A stretch of DNA of 64,000 bases from Promethearchaeota archaeon Loki_b31 (GTDB lineage: Archaea; Asgardarchaeota; Lokiarchaeia; Sigyniarchaeales; SOKP01): contig NJBI01000008.1 of NCBI GenBank assembly GCA_005222975.1, forward strand, positions 23,168 through 87,167, read 5' to 3'. This document shows, piece by piece, positions 10,396-19,661 of the stretch (the first letter of the stretch is position 1; the number at the start of each line of letters is the position of its first letter). Both the position numbers and the translations under genes were made by a program. The notes below the pieces were generated by a model. That model did not search any database and had not been told where the DNA came from. It saw only the letters and a list, made by a program, of their open reading frames with translations.

Positions 10396-11112
10396 TTATA
10401 TTGAAGGGAAATACCACTGCTTTCCTTTTAAAAGAGATTCCCTAAATTTAGCAACTCCACTATCTTCTAACGATTTTAAGGTTTGTAGTGCGCGATCCTG
10501 AGACCATGTTAGAGCAACACAAACATCTTCAAGCGATATATAGCCTTTTTCTTTTGCTATACCTATAACTTTCACTTGATCGTTAGTATATTGTACTGGA
10601 AAGAACCTTACCATTACGGAACTGCCCCTTAATTCTTGTAGTTCCTCTATGACACGATCTTTTTTCAGAATCTTTAATGCTTTGAGTAAATCTTTAATAT
10701 CTAATACTTCTTTTAAAATACCTGTATTTACTAAGGCATAAACTTCAGAAATGGGCATTAAACCAACTCCAATTTCTTCTTTTTGCATCAAAACTCTTTG
10801 GTAGGCAAGCATTCCTAACTTTTCGTGGTCGATTTTTGAAAACTTCTTCAAAACATCGTTTTCCGTGATTTGTTCCGTTATGATTTTTGAAGATGGTATG
10901 TTGTACTTTTTTTGTAAATCTCTAACTTGATCCTTCAATTCAGGAGTTAAAGCTAATATAACACCGTGTTTTTTTGCCAGTTCCCGAAGTCTTTCTTTTG
11001 TAAAGTTTTCTGTAGAAGCTTTCGCTTGAATGTCTTTTATTTTTAATTCTGCTGCCTTCCTTTTCATAGCTTCTCTTAAATCAATTTCATCTTCAATCTT
11101 TCGAATGCCCAT
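10396..11112 (-). CDS. ESCRT-II Vps22/36-like (EAP30) protein
   Basis: MGIRKI start; tandem winged helices (DLLKALKIL; KGYISLEDV..LTWSQDRALQTL..LE..G; WYFPS end); located in the ESCRT cluster. Confidence 0.85.
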   Translation of the reverse strand: MGIRKIEDEIDLREAMKRKAAELKIKDIQAKASTENFTKERLRELAKKHGVILALTPELKDQVRDLQKKYNIPSSKIITEQITENDVLKKFSKIDHEKLGMLAYQRVLMQKEEIGVGLMPISEVYALVNTGILKEVLDIKDLLKALKILKKDRVIEELQELRGSSVMVRFFPVQYTNDQVKVIGIAKEKGYISLEDVCVALTWSQDRALQTLKSLEDSGVAKFRESLLKGKQWYFPSI

Positions 11113-11191
11113 TTTTATTTTACACTATTTTTTAATACCTTTATTGATTAATAATTATAAAACTACTTATTTCTTTTTATTTTATTCGAGA

Positions 11192-11770
11192 ATGAGAGAT
11201 TTGAAAACATTTAGGTTTGTTAATAAAATTGAAACAACGATGATTTACGACTCCCTTATAAAATTATCCCCCAATATATTTCTCTTTTTCGAGAAAAACG
11301 ACTATAGATTATATATTTCCTTAAATGAGTTGGAAGCAGAAAGCAAGTTTCCCTCAATTTTTTTAATTTCAAAAGATCAACTTAAATTATTACGGACTTT
11401 AAAAAACAATAAAATTATCTCAGCAGGTTTATATTTTGGTTTTATTAAGAAAGGAAATTTCTATCTCAGTTTAGAAGGTGCAGAATTTCTGTATAATAAT
11501 AATTTGTTTTCTGATCTTAAGAGAATTCATTTGAATGATAAGGGAGAAAAATCCATTCTTTATGGAAATAGTGTTTTAAAAAATATGATTCACGCTATTC
11601 CCGGTTCGTTAAAGAAGAATGATATTTTATTGATTTTTAATAGAAATGATGAAATTATAGCATTAGCCCAATCTAAATATAATTATCAAAATATTCAAAA
11701 ACTCAAACCGAAAGAAATTATTGCTATTAATTTAAATGATAAAGGTTATTATTTAAGAAGAAATCAATGA
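11192..11770 (+). CDS. Nip7-like PUA-domain ribosome biogenesis protein
   Basis: SAGLYFG, FYLSLEG, GEKSILYGNSV and DKGYYLR motifs; start at ATG 11192 because the ORF-track extension overlaps the vps22-like gene. Confidence 0.75.
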   Translation: MRDLKTFRFVNKIETTMIYDSLIKLSPNIFLFFEKNDYRLYISLNELEAESKFPSIFLISKDQLKLLRTLKNNKIISAGLYFGFIKKGNFYLSLEGAEFLYNNNLFSDLKRIHLNDKGEKSILYGNSVLKNMIHAIPGSLKKNDILLIFNRNDEIIALAQSKYNYQNIQKLKPKEIIAINLNDKGYYLRRNQ

Positions 11771-11985
11771 TTAGATAACTTTTCTACTAGAAAAAGAAAG
11801 ATAAAACGGAAAATTGAATCATTATATTATCCTCTTAAATTAAGTTAACATTGAATTTCGCTTCAATATCTCTTCCGTTGTAAAAAGAATCACACACTAA
11901 AATTTACTTTTTTTGCATATATAAATCTATTAGGACTGAATTTCGAAAAAATAAAACAATCACTCATTAAACCTTAAAATAGAAA

Positions 11986-12191
11986 AGGAGAAATCGACCA
12001 AGAAACGTATAAACAGAATGCCGTTCAAATCGAGAAAGAGCTTCAAGAGATTGAGTTAGAAATAATAAGAGAGAAGGGTGTTGTTGCCAGAGAAATATCA
12101 ACTTACGAGTTGTTATTGAACGATTACCCTTGGCTCGAAGAAAAAAGATATGTTTTCATGTTTTCTCTTCCTAATAAAAAAATAGACCTTA
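11986..12191 (+). repeat. Intergenic exact duplicate of an internal vps25 segment
   Basis: AGGAGAAATCGACC...AATAGACCTTA identical to 9742-9947. Confidence 0.95.
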
Positions 12192-12214
12192 TTGATTAAA
12201 AATCATAAAACTGG

Positions 12215-13549
12215 TTAATTCAACTTATCCAAATCTGTATCTTCAATCATATATTGAACTTTTTCTTCAGAAATTCGCTTAGTTTCATCTAGTAAATCAT
12301 TATAAAGAGTAAAAAACTCCGAAGAAAGTCCAAGAGGTGATTTTAGTAGTTCAATTTTTATTGCTTGATACTCTTTTTCATCCGTAAAGATATTGTTCAG
12401 TTTATTCTCTATCTCTAATGGTATTTTCGCAAATTTTCCCGCTAATAATAATGGTTGTTTTTTACTTTTAATATTTTTATAAGGAAAATTAGAAAAATAT
12501 TTTTCAATCAATTTAAATGCTCCCTCGTATTGGGCTATATCCTTAACCTGTTTTTTCAACTCTCGTTCGAATTTTTGCTCAAAATCTCGAGTAAATTGTA
12601 CAACACACTCTCGTAGTAATTTAGAGTATTTAGATGCGACTAGTCCAACTGAAATTAATTCAGATTCATATAATGTAAGGATACCTTCTTCTAATTTAAT
12701 GTCTAATAGCCCCCCCATATTTATAACTTCTTCACTCATAAGTTGCACAGCATTTAGAAATCCTGTAAAAATTGATTCACTTAAGTTAGATCTAGACCAA
12801 TCGTGATCGAATAATGGATTTCCTTCTCGATCTCTTACAACAATCCTATTAACAGTAAATGGTAAAATATAAAGGAGTTTAGGCTCTCTTAATATTCCTA
12901 AACAAACAATTAAGTTTCCTAAACCTGTAGTAGCGTAAGCAAATAGAATAAAAATTGGATTCCAATAATAAAAAAGGTATATAATTAGAGTTAATGGTCC
13001 ATTTATTACAGTACCAATAAAAAATATAAGAGCTTCTCTTTTTATCAAAAATGGAGCATTCAACCAAGTTTTTAAACCCCAATAAAACGATGCACTACCA
13101 ACAAAGAATATAAAAAATGAACCCACCGCTTCATACAATCCAATCCAATTCATATTTAAAAACCCTCCCGCAAATTCAAATCCGACAGCTCCAGGTTGAA
13201 ATGCAAGAAAACAATATAAAACACCTAACCCAACTACTATAATTAAGAAAGGTGAATTAGATGTTTCTTTAATCGTATAATTAATCCCAATCGCAAAAAA
13301 CACTGCACTAGGCAATAGCATAAGACCAGAAATCCGAGAAAGTAATGTGATCAAAAAAAGATTTGCCAACAAGTCTAATGTAAAGAGCATGCCCATAAAA
13401 AAGAGACCTAATCTAATATAAGATAGAGATTTTATATTCTTAGTTCTAGGTGTAATGTACATTAATAGAGTAGCTAGTAGGGTAATTGCGCTTGTGAAAA
13501 TTTCAACAATTACTTCAGGTGTCCAATTTAATACCATTTTCCCCTTCAC
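12215..13549 (-). CDS. 7-TM membrane protein with C-terminal longin-like domain
   Basis: About 7 hydrophobic helices, then RIVVRDREGNPLF...IFTGFLNAVQLMSEEV...LDIKLEEG...LRECVVQFTRDFEQKF (longin-like pattern). Confidence 0.7.
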   Translation of the reverse strand: MKGKMVLNWTPEVIVEIFTSAITLLATLLMYITPRTKNIKSLSYIRLGLFFMGMLFTLDLLANLFLITLLSRISGLMLLPSAVFFAIGINYTIKETSNSPFLIIVVGLGVLYCFLAFQPGAVGFEFAGGFLNMNWIGLYEAVGSFFIFFVGSASFYWGLKTWLNAPFLIKREALIFFIGTVINGPLTLIIYLFYYWNPIFILFAYATTGLGNLIVCLGILREPKLLYILPFTVNRIVVRDREGNPLFDHDWSRSNLSESIFTGFLNAVQLMSEEVINMGGLLDIKLEEGILTLYESELISVGLVASKYSKLLRECVVQFTRDFEQKFERELKKQVKDIAQYEGAFKLIEKYFSNFPYKNIKSKKQPLLLAGKFAKIPLEIENKLNNIFTDEKEYQAIKIELLKSPLGLSSEFFTLYNDLLDETKRISEEKVQYMIEDTDLDKLN

Positions 13550-13563
13550 ACGCTTAATTTAAA

Positions 13564-14280
13564 TTATTTTTTATATAAACTTATTTTGATATTATTTAAT
13601 ATATTAATAGCATCCTCTTGTTTATCTGGATTTAAATAGACTTCTTTACTTGGATCTTCTTTAAAGCAAATTAAATCGTAATCAATTAAATTATTTAGTC
13701 GATAATTGACTTTTTCTCGTTTTTCATCTATTGATTTAAAAACTTCTGAATTTTTAATTGAATTTTGTGTTGTTAATAAGTCTAGAATTTTCCTATTTAT
13801 CTTATCTCTTAATAAAAAATAAATTATTCCTAACTCAACTTCCATCTCAATGGGAAGAAACACTGTGTAATTTCCTACTTTAATTTTCTTGATATAATTA
13901 AATTTTAATAACATCTCTAAGTGCCATACTAATTGCCCTGAACTCCCCGATTCATCAGATAACGCCTTCTTTCTTAAAATAGAAAAGTGTGCGCCGGGGT
14001 TCACTCTAATGAAATTGTAAATCCCTCTTCTAGTAGGATTTGAAAGAACAGTTTCCCTTGAAAACTTTGAACCTTCAATTAAAATTTTTTTATTTATTAA
14101 AAATTGAATTATAAATAAGAGTCCGTTTCTAGGTAATTTCAAGCTTTTTTTTGCCACATTGTAGAGAGTCTCTATATTTAAGACTTTATTTTTACTCATA
14201 ATAGCCTCAGCTATCTCTATAACTCTCTTCACATTAGGATGCTCTAATCCCATAGATTTAGATAAAATCTTGATTTCCAT
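13564..14280 (-). CDS. Tandem winged helix-turn-helix transcriptional regulator
   Basis: RRGIYNFIRVNPGAHFSILR, GQLVWHLEML and KVNYRLNNL; likely start 14280 or 14253 rather than 14619. Confidence 0.8.
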   Translation of the reverse strand: MEIKILSKSMGLEHPNVKRVIEIAEAIMSKNKVLNIETLYNVAKKSLKLPRNGLLFIIQFLINKKILIEGSKFSRETVLSNPTRRGIYNFIRVNPGAHFSILRKKALSDESGSSGQLVWHLEMLLKFNYIKKIKVGNYTVFLPIEMEVELGIIYFLLRDKINRKILDLLTTQNSIKNSEVFKSIDEKREKVNYRLNNLIDYDLICFKEDPSKEVYLNPDKQEDAINILNNIKISLYKK

Positions 14281-14711
14281 AATAGAGATAACTAATTGTA
14301 TTATATGATTGAAATATACACAGTATTCTTGAAATTCAAGGGCTTTCAGAATTTCAAGTTTTATTGATTTCCTAAAGTTGGTAACTATTATACTTCTGTT
14401 AAGAAATCTATAAAGATTACTTCTTAATAAATATAGATATAATTGATCGTTGAAAACAAATAAAATGGAAATAGTTCTTAACTTTTTTGAAAGCCTAAAA
14501 AATTTATAGCTTCTTTTATTGATTGTTTTAATCCTCCTATTATTTTGTAGAACTAACACATTAATTTTTTCAAGAATATTAGACTTTTTCTTAAGGTACC
14601 TATTAAGAAGATTCAACATAACAATGAGGATTCCACTAAAAATGCAACTTATAATTTACAAGTAATTTATTTTATCCTATAAATCTATATAGACCAAAAT
14701 TCCCAAATTTA

Positions 14712-15677
14712 TTAATCTTCTTTTTTTATAAGACAAAAATAGAAGCCAATAGTATTATGAAGATGAGGATACAAGCGTTGTGAAAACATTAAATCTTCTA
14801 ATAAATTGACTCCAAAAACATTAGTTAATCCTTTCACGCCATAATTTTTGGAAATTTCAACGATTTTAAAATTATTAGATTTGTTCAATACTTCATCAAC
14901 AACTAGCTCATTTTCTTCAGGGGCAATAGAACAAGTACAATATAAAAGCATCCCTCCTGAATTTAATGCTTTCAACCCGGTAGTTAATAACCTCTTTTGA
15001 ATTGAAGACATTTTTTCAATATCTTTCATTTTTTTACTTTTTTTCCTGCTTGGATCTTGTCTTATTAATCCTTCCCCCGTACATGGAGCATCTAATAGAA
15101 TTTTATCTCCTTTAACATTCATATTTGATAAATTAATAGCATCCATATTAAGTACAATTGAATTAATAATTCCCATTCTTCTTAGGTTGACTTCTAAAGC
15201 GGGAATTCGATTTAAATTCTTTTCAATCAAAATAAGCGTTCCTTCATTTTCCATTAGTTGAGCTAAGTGTGTTGATTTACTTCCTGGAGCTGCACACATA
15301 TCAATTACAATATCATTTGGTTTAGGATCGAGAATAATAGCTGAAAGCATTGAAGCGATATTTTGCAAATAATAATAACCTTGTAGAAATTCATGAGAAG
15401 AGCCTAAATTAGAACTTACTTTAACAATCTTAAATCCATAAGGAACCCATTCAATTGGTTTTAACTCATTTCCTTTCTTTTCTATTCGTTTTTTTAATTC
15501 TAATACAGATGTTTTAAGAGTATTAACACGTATTGAAGGTATTAATGGCCGCTCATTTGCCTCTAATAATTTTAATGTTTCATCTAATCCTAAGAATTGA
15601 ATATATCTTTCAATCATATAAGGGAGATATCCAAATTCTTCCGCAAGTTTATGAGCAGTTTTAACCTTCTGGGAAAT
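14712..15677 (-). CDS. RsmB/Nop2 (NSUN) family rRNA m5C methyltransferase
   Basis: IRVNTLK, YYLQNIAS, DMCAAPGSKS, LLDAPCTGEG and YCTCSIAPEENE; frame stays open about 20 codons upstream of ATG 15617. Confidence 0.93.
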   Translation of the reverse strand: MSQKVKTAHKLAEEFGYLPYMIERYIQFLGLDETLKLLEANERPLIPSIRVNTLKTSVLELKKRIEKKGNELKPIEWVPYGFKIVKVSSNLGSSHEFLQGYYYLQNIASMLSAIILDPKPNDIVIDMCAAPGSKSTHLAQLMENEGTLILIEKNLNRIPALEVNLRRMGIINSIVLNMDAINLSNMNVKGDKILLDAPCTGEGLIRQDPSRKKSKKMKDIEKMSSIQKRLLTTGLKALNSGGMLLYCTCSIAPEENELVVDEVLNKSNNFKIVEISKNYGVKGLTNVFGVNLLEDLMFSQRLYPHLHNTIGFYFCLIKKED

Positions 15678-15762
15678 TAAATATCAACTCTAAGTGAAAC
15701 TATTATTACTTAATAAAAATTAATCTATTATATTTGTTATTAATATAGAAAAGAGTAGCATT

Positions 15763-16377
15763 ATGATTGAAGTCGAAATTAAAGTTAAAATTTCTGATCC
15801 TAATCAAATGAGGAAAAGATTTGAAGAGAACAAAGGGGTTTACAAAATTTCTTTACATCATGAAGATACATATTTTAATATGCCTAAAGGATTAAGGGAT
15901 TTTAAACAAACTGACGAAGCACTAAGATTAAGAAAATCCATTGAATTTAATAAGGATAATCCAGAAAAAACTCAGAAAATTAATTATTTTATAACTTATA
16001 AAGGGAAAAAGATTGACAAAACAACCAAAACACGAGAAGAATTCGAAATTAGAATAAGTGAAATTGAAGAAATGAAAAATCTTCTTAAAATATTAGGGTT
16101 TCAAGAAGTTTTCACTGTCGTTAAAGAAAGAGAATTATATGAATTTTTATTTAAAGACGTGAGAATCGAAGCTTTAATCGATTATTTACCTATTTTAAAG
16201 CAACATTTCGTAGAAGTTGAATTAATGACCGAATCGTATGAAGATATAAAGAAAAGTAGAAAGATTCTTTTTCAATTTTTAGAGAAATTTGGAATTAAGA
16301 AGGAAAAATCAATTAGAAAGTCTTATTTGGAATTAATTGCAGGAAAATTAAAAAAAAAGGATTTAAAAGATAAGTAG
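15763..16377 (+). CDS. cyaB: CYTH-family class IV adenylate cyclase / triphosphate tunnel enzyme
   Basis: EVEIK, DTYF, ALRLR, TYKG, VKERE, FVEVE and RKSYLEL motifs. Confidence 0.9.
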   Translation: MIEVEIKVKISDPNQMRKRFEENKGVYKISLHHEDTYFNMPKGLRDFKQTDEALRLRKSIEFNKDNPEKTQKINYFITYKGKKIDKTTKTREEFEIRISEIEEMKNLLKILGFQEVFTVVKERELYEFLFKDVRIEALIDYLPILKQHFVEVELMTESYEDIKKSRKILFQFLEKFGIKKEKSIRKSYLELIAGKLKKKDLKDK

Positions 16378-16928
16378 GTATTCTACTTAATTATTAATTT
16401 ATCGAGTTCTGCTATTTCTTTCTCTAATTTTATTCGATATAGCCTTAAATCATAATTCTGATAGACTTTTTTTATTAAATCTTTCTGTATAGATTGCGAT
16501 TTTTTCGATATTTCGTGAATGACACTCAAAAATTCATAATATCCAACATTATCTTCTTTTAATTCATTCATTATCTTTCAATTCTCCATTTTAAGTTATT
16601 TTTATTTTCTTACAATTACAAAATAGCAATATACAATTAAAAATAATATGGAGTCCAGTCTTTACGGGTTCAGAATTCTGAGTAATACTAAATAATGTGA
16701 TTCTGTAACACTTTAAAATATTAAATGGGAAGACAATCCCATTTTTAAAGCGGTTTATATCTTCAAGTCTTCATCTATTCTTCTTTTCTTTCTGATCTTA
16801 AGTCGAACGAATGATATAGGATGCAATTCTGAAGATTTTAGAGTCCTATAAGCGATTAAATGAATTACTTTTGAAATTGTATGAACTTGTATGTAGATTA
16901 GGAGTATTTTTTCAAAAATGAAATAGTT

Positions 16929-17216
16929 TTACGCTGATTTTTTCTTTAATTCGGTATATTCTCCATCTATTATTTGGGAGATGTATCTCCTTCCTTTAAT
17001 TATCCACATAATTTTATGGCCCTCTCGAGCTTTTTTCCCCCATTCTGACTTTTTGTTGCGATTTTGTTCTATAAAGCGATACCCAAATAAATCAACATAT
17101 TTAATTCCGTTTGAAAATTTTTTAATGGGGTATTCGATCTCTTCAATTTCAACATTTTTTTCTCCTTGAAATATGGCATTATAAATTTTTAACCCGTTTT
17201 TTTCTAAATCTTCCAT
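16929..17216 (-). CDS. Small hypothetical protein
   Basis: 95-aa ORF at the end of a minus-strand gene run; FIEQN..K.S.W motif. Confidence 0.65.
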   Translation of the reverse strand: MEDLEKNGLKIYNAIFQGEKNVEIEEIEYPIKKFSNGIKYVDLFGYRFIEQNRNKKSEWGKKAREGHKIMWIIKGRRYISQIIDGEYTELKKKSA

Positions 17217-17241
17217 GTTTTTTACTCCATATATTATTCTA

Positions 17242-18468
17242 TTAGAATTTTTTGATGTTACTCTTTAAATAGAAAGATTCGAGATTATTTAACTTTTTTA
17301 TCGATTCAGGCACATTATTTATTTTATTAAAGCTAAGGTTGAGCACTTTTAACCATTTAAGCCTCCCAATAGTTTCTGGAATAAGGTGTAAGTTTTGATC
17401 GATTAAAATTAATTCTTCTAGAAATTCTAAACTACAAAGCTCTTTTGGAAACACACCAATTCGAGATTCTGTTGATAAATAAATAATTTTGGTGATATGC
17501 CCTACATTGTTTACTTCATAATGTACGGCTCCTTCAGAATCAATCTTTCCATCTCCTTGCATTTTCTTACATGTTAGCCCTGTTAGAATCTCTAATAAAC
17601 CCAGGATATGAACTTCTGATTTTTTAACTCCCTCAAATATATACTTATGGACGTATTCGTTTTTGCTTGCAATCTCTACAACCCAGCTAGGTAAACTGTC
17701 TAACTGATTGTTGCTTAAAATTAATTTCTTAAGTGACAAAAGATTTGGGCACATATCTGGATATTTTTTTAGTTTACAATATGATATTTCCAAGAATTCT
17801 AATTTTGATAGCTTACAAATCGACGATGGAATTTCTTTAAGGCCTTTGAGAGACAAACTTAATATGAAACCTTTTTTGGCAGCTCTAACGCGACCTAGTC
17901 CTTTATACCCTATTTCGGTATTTTCTTTAATTAGTACTTGTTTAGCTTCGTCTGATAACTCAAACTTTTGTAAAAAATTCTTTAATTCGCTCCTAAATTT
18001 CCTATAATCTAAATAATCGATATCGAGAACAAATTTTGAGTCTGCTGAGTTTAAGTTATAATAAGTTCTAATCTTTTTTAACGCTTTTTCTCGAATTTCT
18101 TCAAATTGAGGATACTCTTCTGTTTCAAATAAATCTAATAGTTTTTTAAAGAAATATATAGATTTTTCATTTTGGATCGCCCATAATAAAGGTTCATGTT
18201 CCCGTGTTGGAAAGTTCTGGATCAATACTTTAGCTGCTTCAAATCTAACTAATGTAGACTCATCAGAAATTAAGCAATTTTCTATTATGTTAAAGGTTAG
18301 TTCGTCTTCAATCGATAATTTACCGATATATTCTAAGCTTGAATATCTAATAGCCTCATTATCACTTTTATTTATTAACGATTCGAAAAGCTTTAAGGCG
18401 TCCTTCTTTCCTACTTCGTTATTAAGTACTTTGAAATAAATTTTTTCAGGTGTTAATTGATCGCTCAT
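17242..18468 (-). CDS. HEAT-repeat plus leucine-rich repeat protein
   Basis: LISDESTLVRFEAAKVL HEAT-like repeat; LxxLxLxxNxLxxLP repeats; start at MSDQLT (18468). Confidence 0.85.
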   Translation of the reverse strand: MSDQLTPEKIYFKVLNNEVGKKDALKLFESLINKSDNEAIRYSSLEYIGKLSIEDELTFNIIENCLISDESTLVRFEAAKVLIQNFPTREHEPLLWAIQNEKSIYFFKKLLDLFETEEYPQFEEIREKALKKIRTYYNLNSADSKFVLDIDYLDYRKFRSELKNFLQKFELSDEAKQVLIKENTEIGYKGLGRVRAAKKGFILSLSLKGLKEIPSSICKLSKLEFLEISYCKLKKYPDMCPNLLSLKKLILSNNQLDSLPSWVVEIASKNEYVHKYIFEGVKKSEVHILGLLEILTGLTCKKMQGDGKIDSEGAVHYEVNNVGHITKIIYLSTESRIGVFPKELCSLEFLEELILIDQNLHLIPETIGRLKWLKVLNLSFNKINNVPESIKKLNNLESFYLKSNIKKF

Positions 18469-18470
18469 TT

Positions 18471-19607
18471 TTACTTTATACTTTCTTTTACTACTTCGTG
18501 ATGACATACCGTCAATGAGAGCGTTTTAGGGGCAATCATTTCGATGTTTTTCATAACATGCACATATGAGGATAAGATTATTAAATTTTCGTTATTACCT
18601 TTTAATTTTACATTTTCTTGGATATTACAATTATCAGCAATGATAGCTTTTTCGATTTGAACATTACTTGAGATATGTGTCTTGTTATAGATTAGACATT
18701 CCTTAAGTTCGGAATGCTTATTAATAACTACATTATCGCCAATTATTACATTCGGACCAACTTTACAATTCTCTCGAATTACAACGTTTTCACCAATTGT
18801 ACAAGGAGGATAAATTTTTACGCTTGTGTGGATGTCTGTAGAAGGTTCTATTAAATTTCTTACATTTCCTTTCTGATTTTTTATTAAGTCGTTCATTAAT
18901 AGAACATTTCCTTGCAATAAATCGTAGGGTTTACCAACATCGCTCCATATTCCACTAATAGGGTAATGATAGAGCATATTTTTATCGGCAACTTTAGGAA
19001 ATACATCCCTTTCAATAGAAACTTTTTTGTTTGGTTCGATAAAGGAAAATATTTCAGGTTCTAGGATATACACGCCAGCGTTAATAGGCATAGGAACATA
19101 TTTGCCGTCTGGAGGAGCGTATTCGTCCTTTTCAAGAAATTTTAATAGTTGATGCGTTTCATTATTTACTATCAATACACCATATCTTAAGGGATCCTCT
19201 ACGGTTTTACCGGCTACTGTTCCAATACCTTTACACTTTTCGTGAAATTTAAGCATGTCGCTAAAACTATAATTCAAAATTACATCTCCATTTAACATGA
19301 AAAAGTTATCGTTTTCGAGGTAAGATTCTGCTAATTTAATTGCTCCCGCAGTTCCCATTGGATGTTTTTCGTCTGTATAATGGATTTTTATTCCTAACAT
19401 TCTACCTTCCTTGAAATAGCTTTTAACAATATCATCCATCACACTAACGGCTAAAACTACTTCTTTAACTCCAGCTGCTTTTAATAAGAGTATCTGTCGC
19501 TCCATAACTGGTTTATTCACGATTGGAATTAATGTTTTGGGTATAGTACATGTTAGTGGTCTTAATCGCGTTCCCCAACCGCCCGATAAAATTATTGCTT
19601 TCGTCAT
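18471..19607 (-). CDS. Sugar-phosphate nucleotidyltransferase (mannose-1-phosphate guanylyltransferase-like)
   Basis: LSGGWGTRLRPLT..PK, MGTAGAI and NGD motifs; C-terminal hexapeptide repeats. Confidence 0.93.
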   Translation of the reverse strand: MTKAIILSGGWGTRLRPLTCTIPKTLIPIVNKPVMERQILLLKAAGVKEVVLAVSVMDDIVKSYFKEGRMLGIKIHYTDEKHPMGTAGAIKLAESYLENDNFFMLNGDVILNYSFSDMLKFHEKCKGIGTVAGKTVEDPLRYGVLIVNNETHQLLKFLEKDEYAPPDGKYVPMPINAGVYILEPEIFSFIEPNKKVSIERDVFPKVADKNMLYHYPISGIWSDVGKPYDLLQGNVLLMNDLIKNQKGNVRNLIEPSTDIHTSVKIYPPCTIGENVVIRENCKVGPNVIIGDNVVINKHSELKECLIYNKTHISSNVQIEKAIIADNCNIQENVKLKGNNENLIILSSYVHVMKNIEMIAPKTLSLTVCHHEVVKESIK

Positions 19608-19661
19608 TTTTTTTAATATAAAGTTTTAATAGGATGTATAAAATAATAAAAAAGCTCTTTT

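Noticed and set aside
11030-11191. N-terminal extension of the Nip7-like ORF
   Set aside because: It overlaps the vps22-like gene on the opposite strand and the AT-rich promoter; ATG 11192 fits better
11986-12191. DGR template/variable repeat pair with vps25
   Set aside because: The copies are 100% identical with no adenine-specific mismatches, and there is no reverse transcriptase in the window
14281-14619. N-terminal extension of the wHTH ORF
   Set aside because: Low-complexity AT-rich sequence with no domain character; likely intergenic
15763-16377. cyaB as a defence signalling cyclase
   Set aside because: Standard archaeal CYTH gene in a housekeeping context, far from the island
16383-16920. 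62-aa ORF and possible gene debris after cyaB
   Set aside because: No recognisable motif; reading frames are broken
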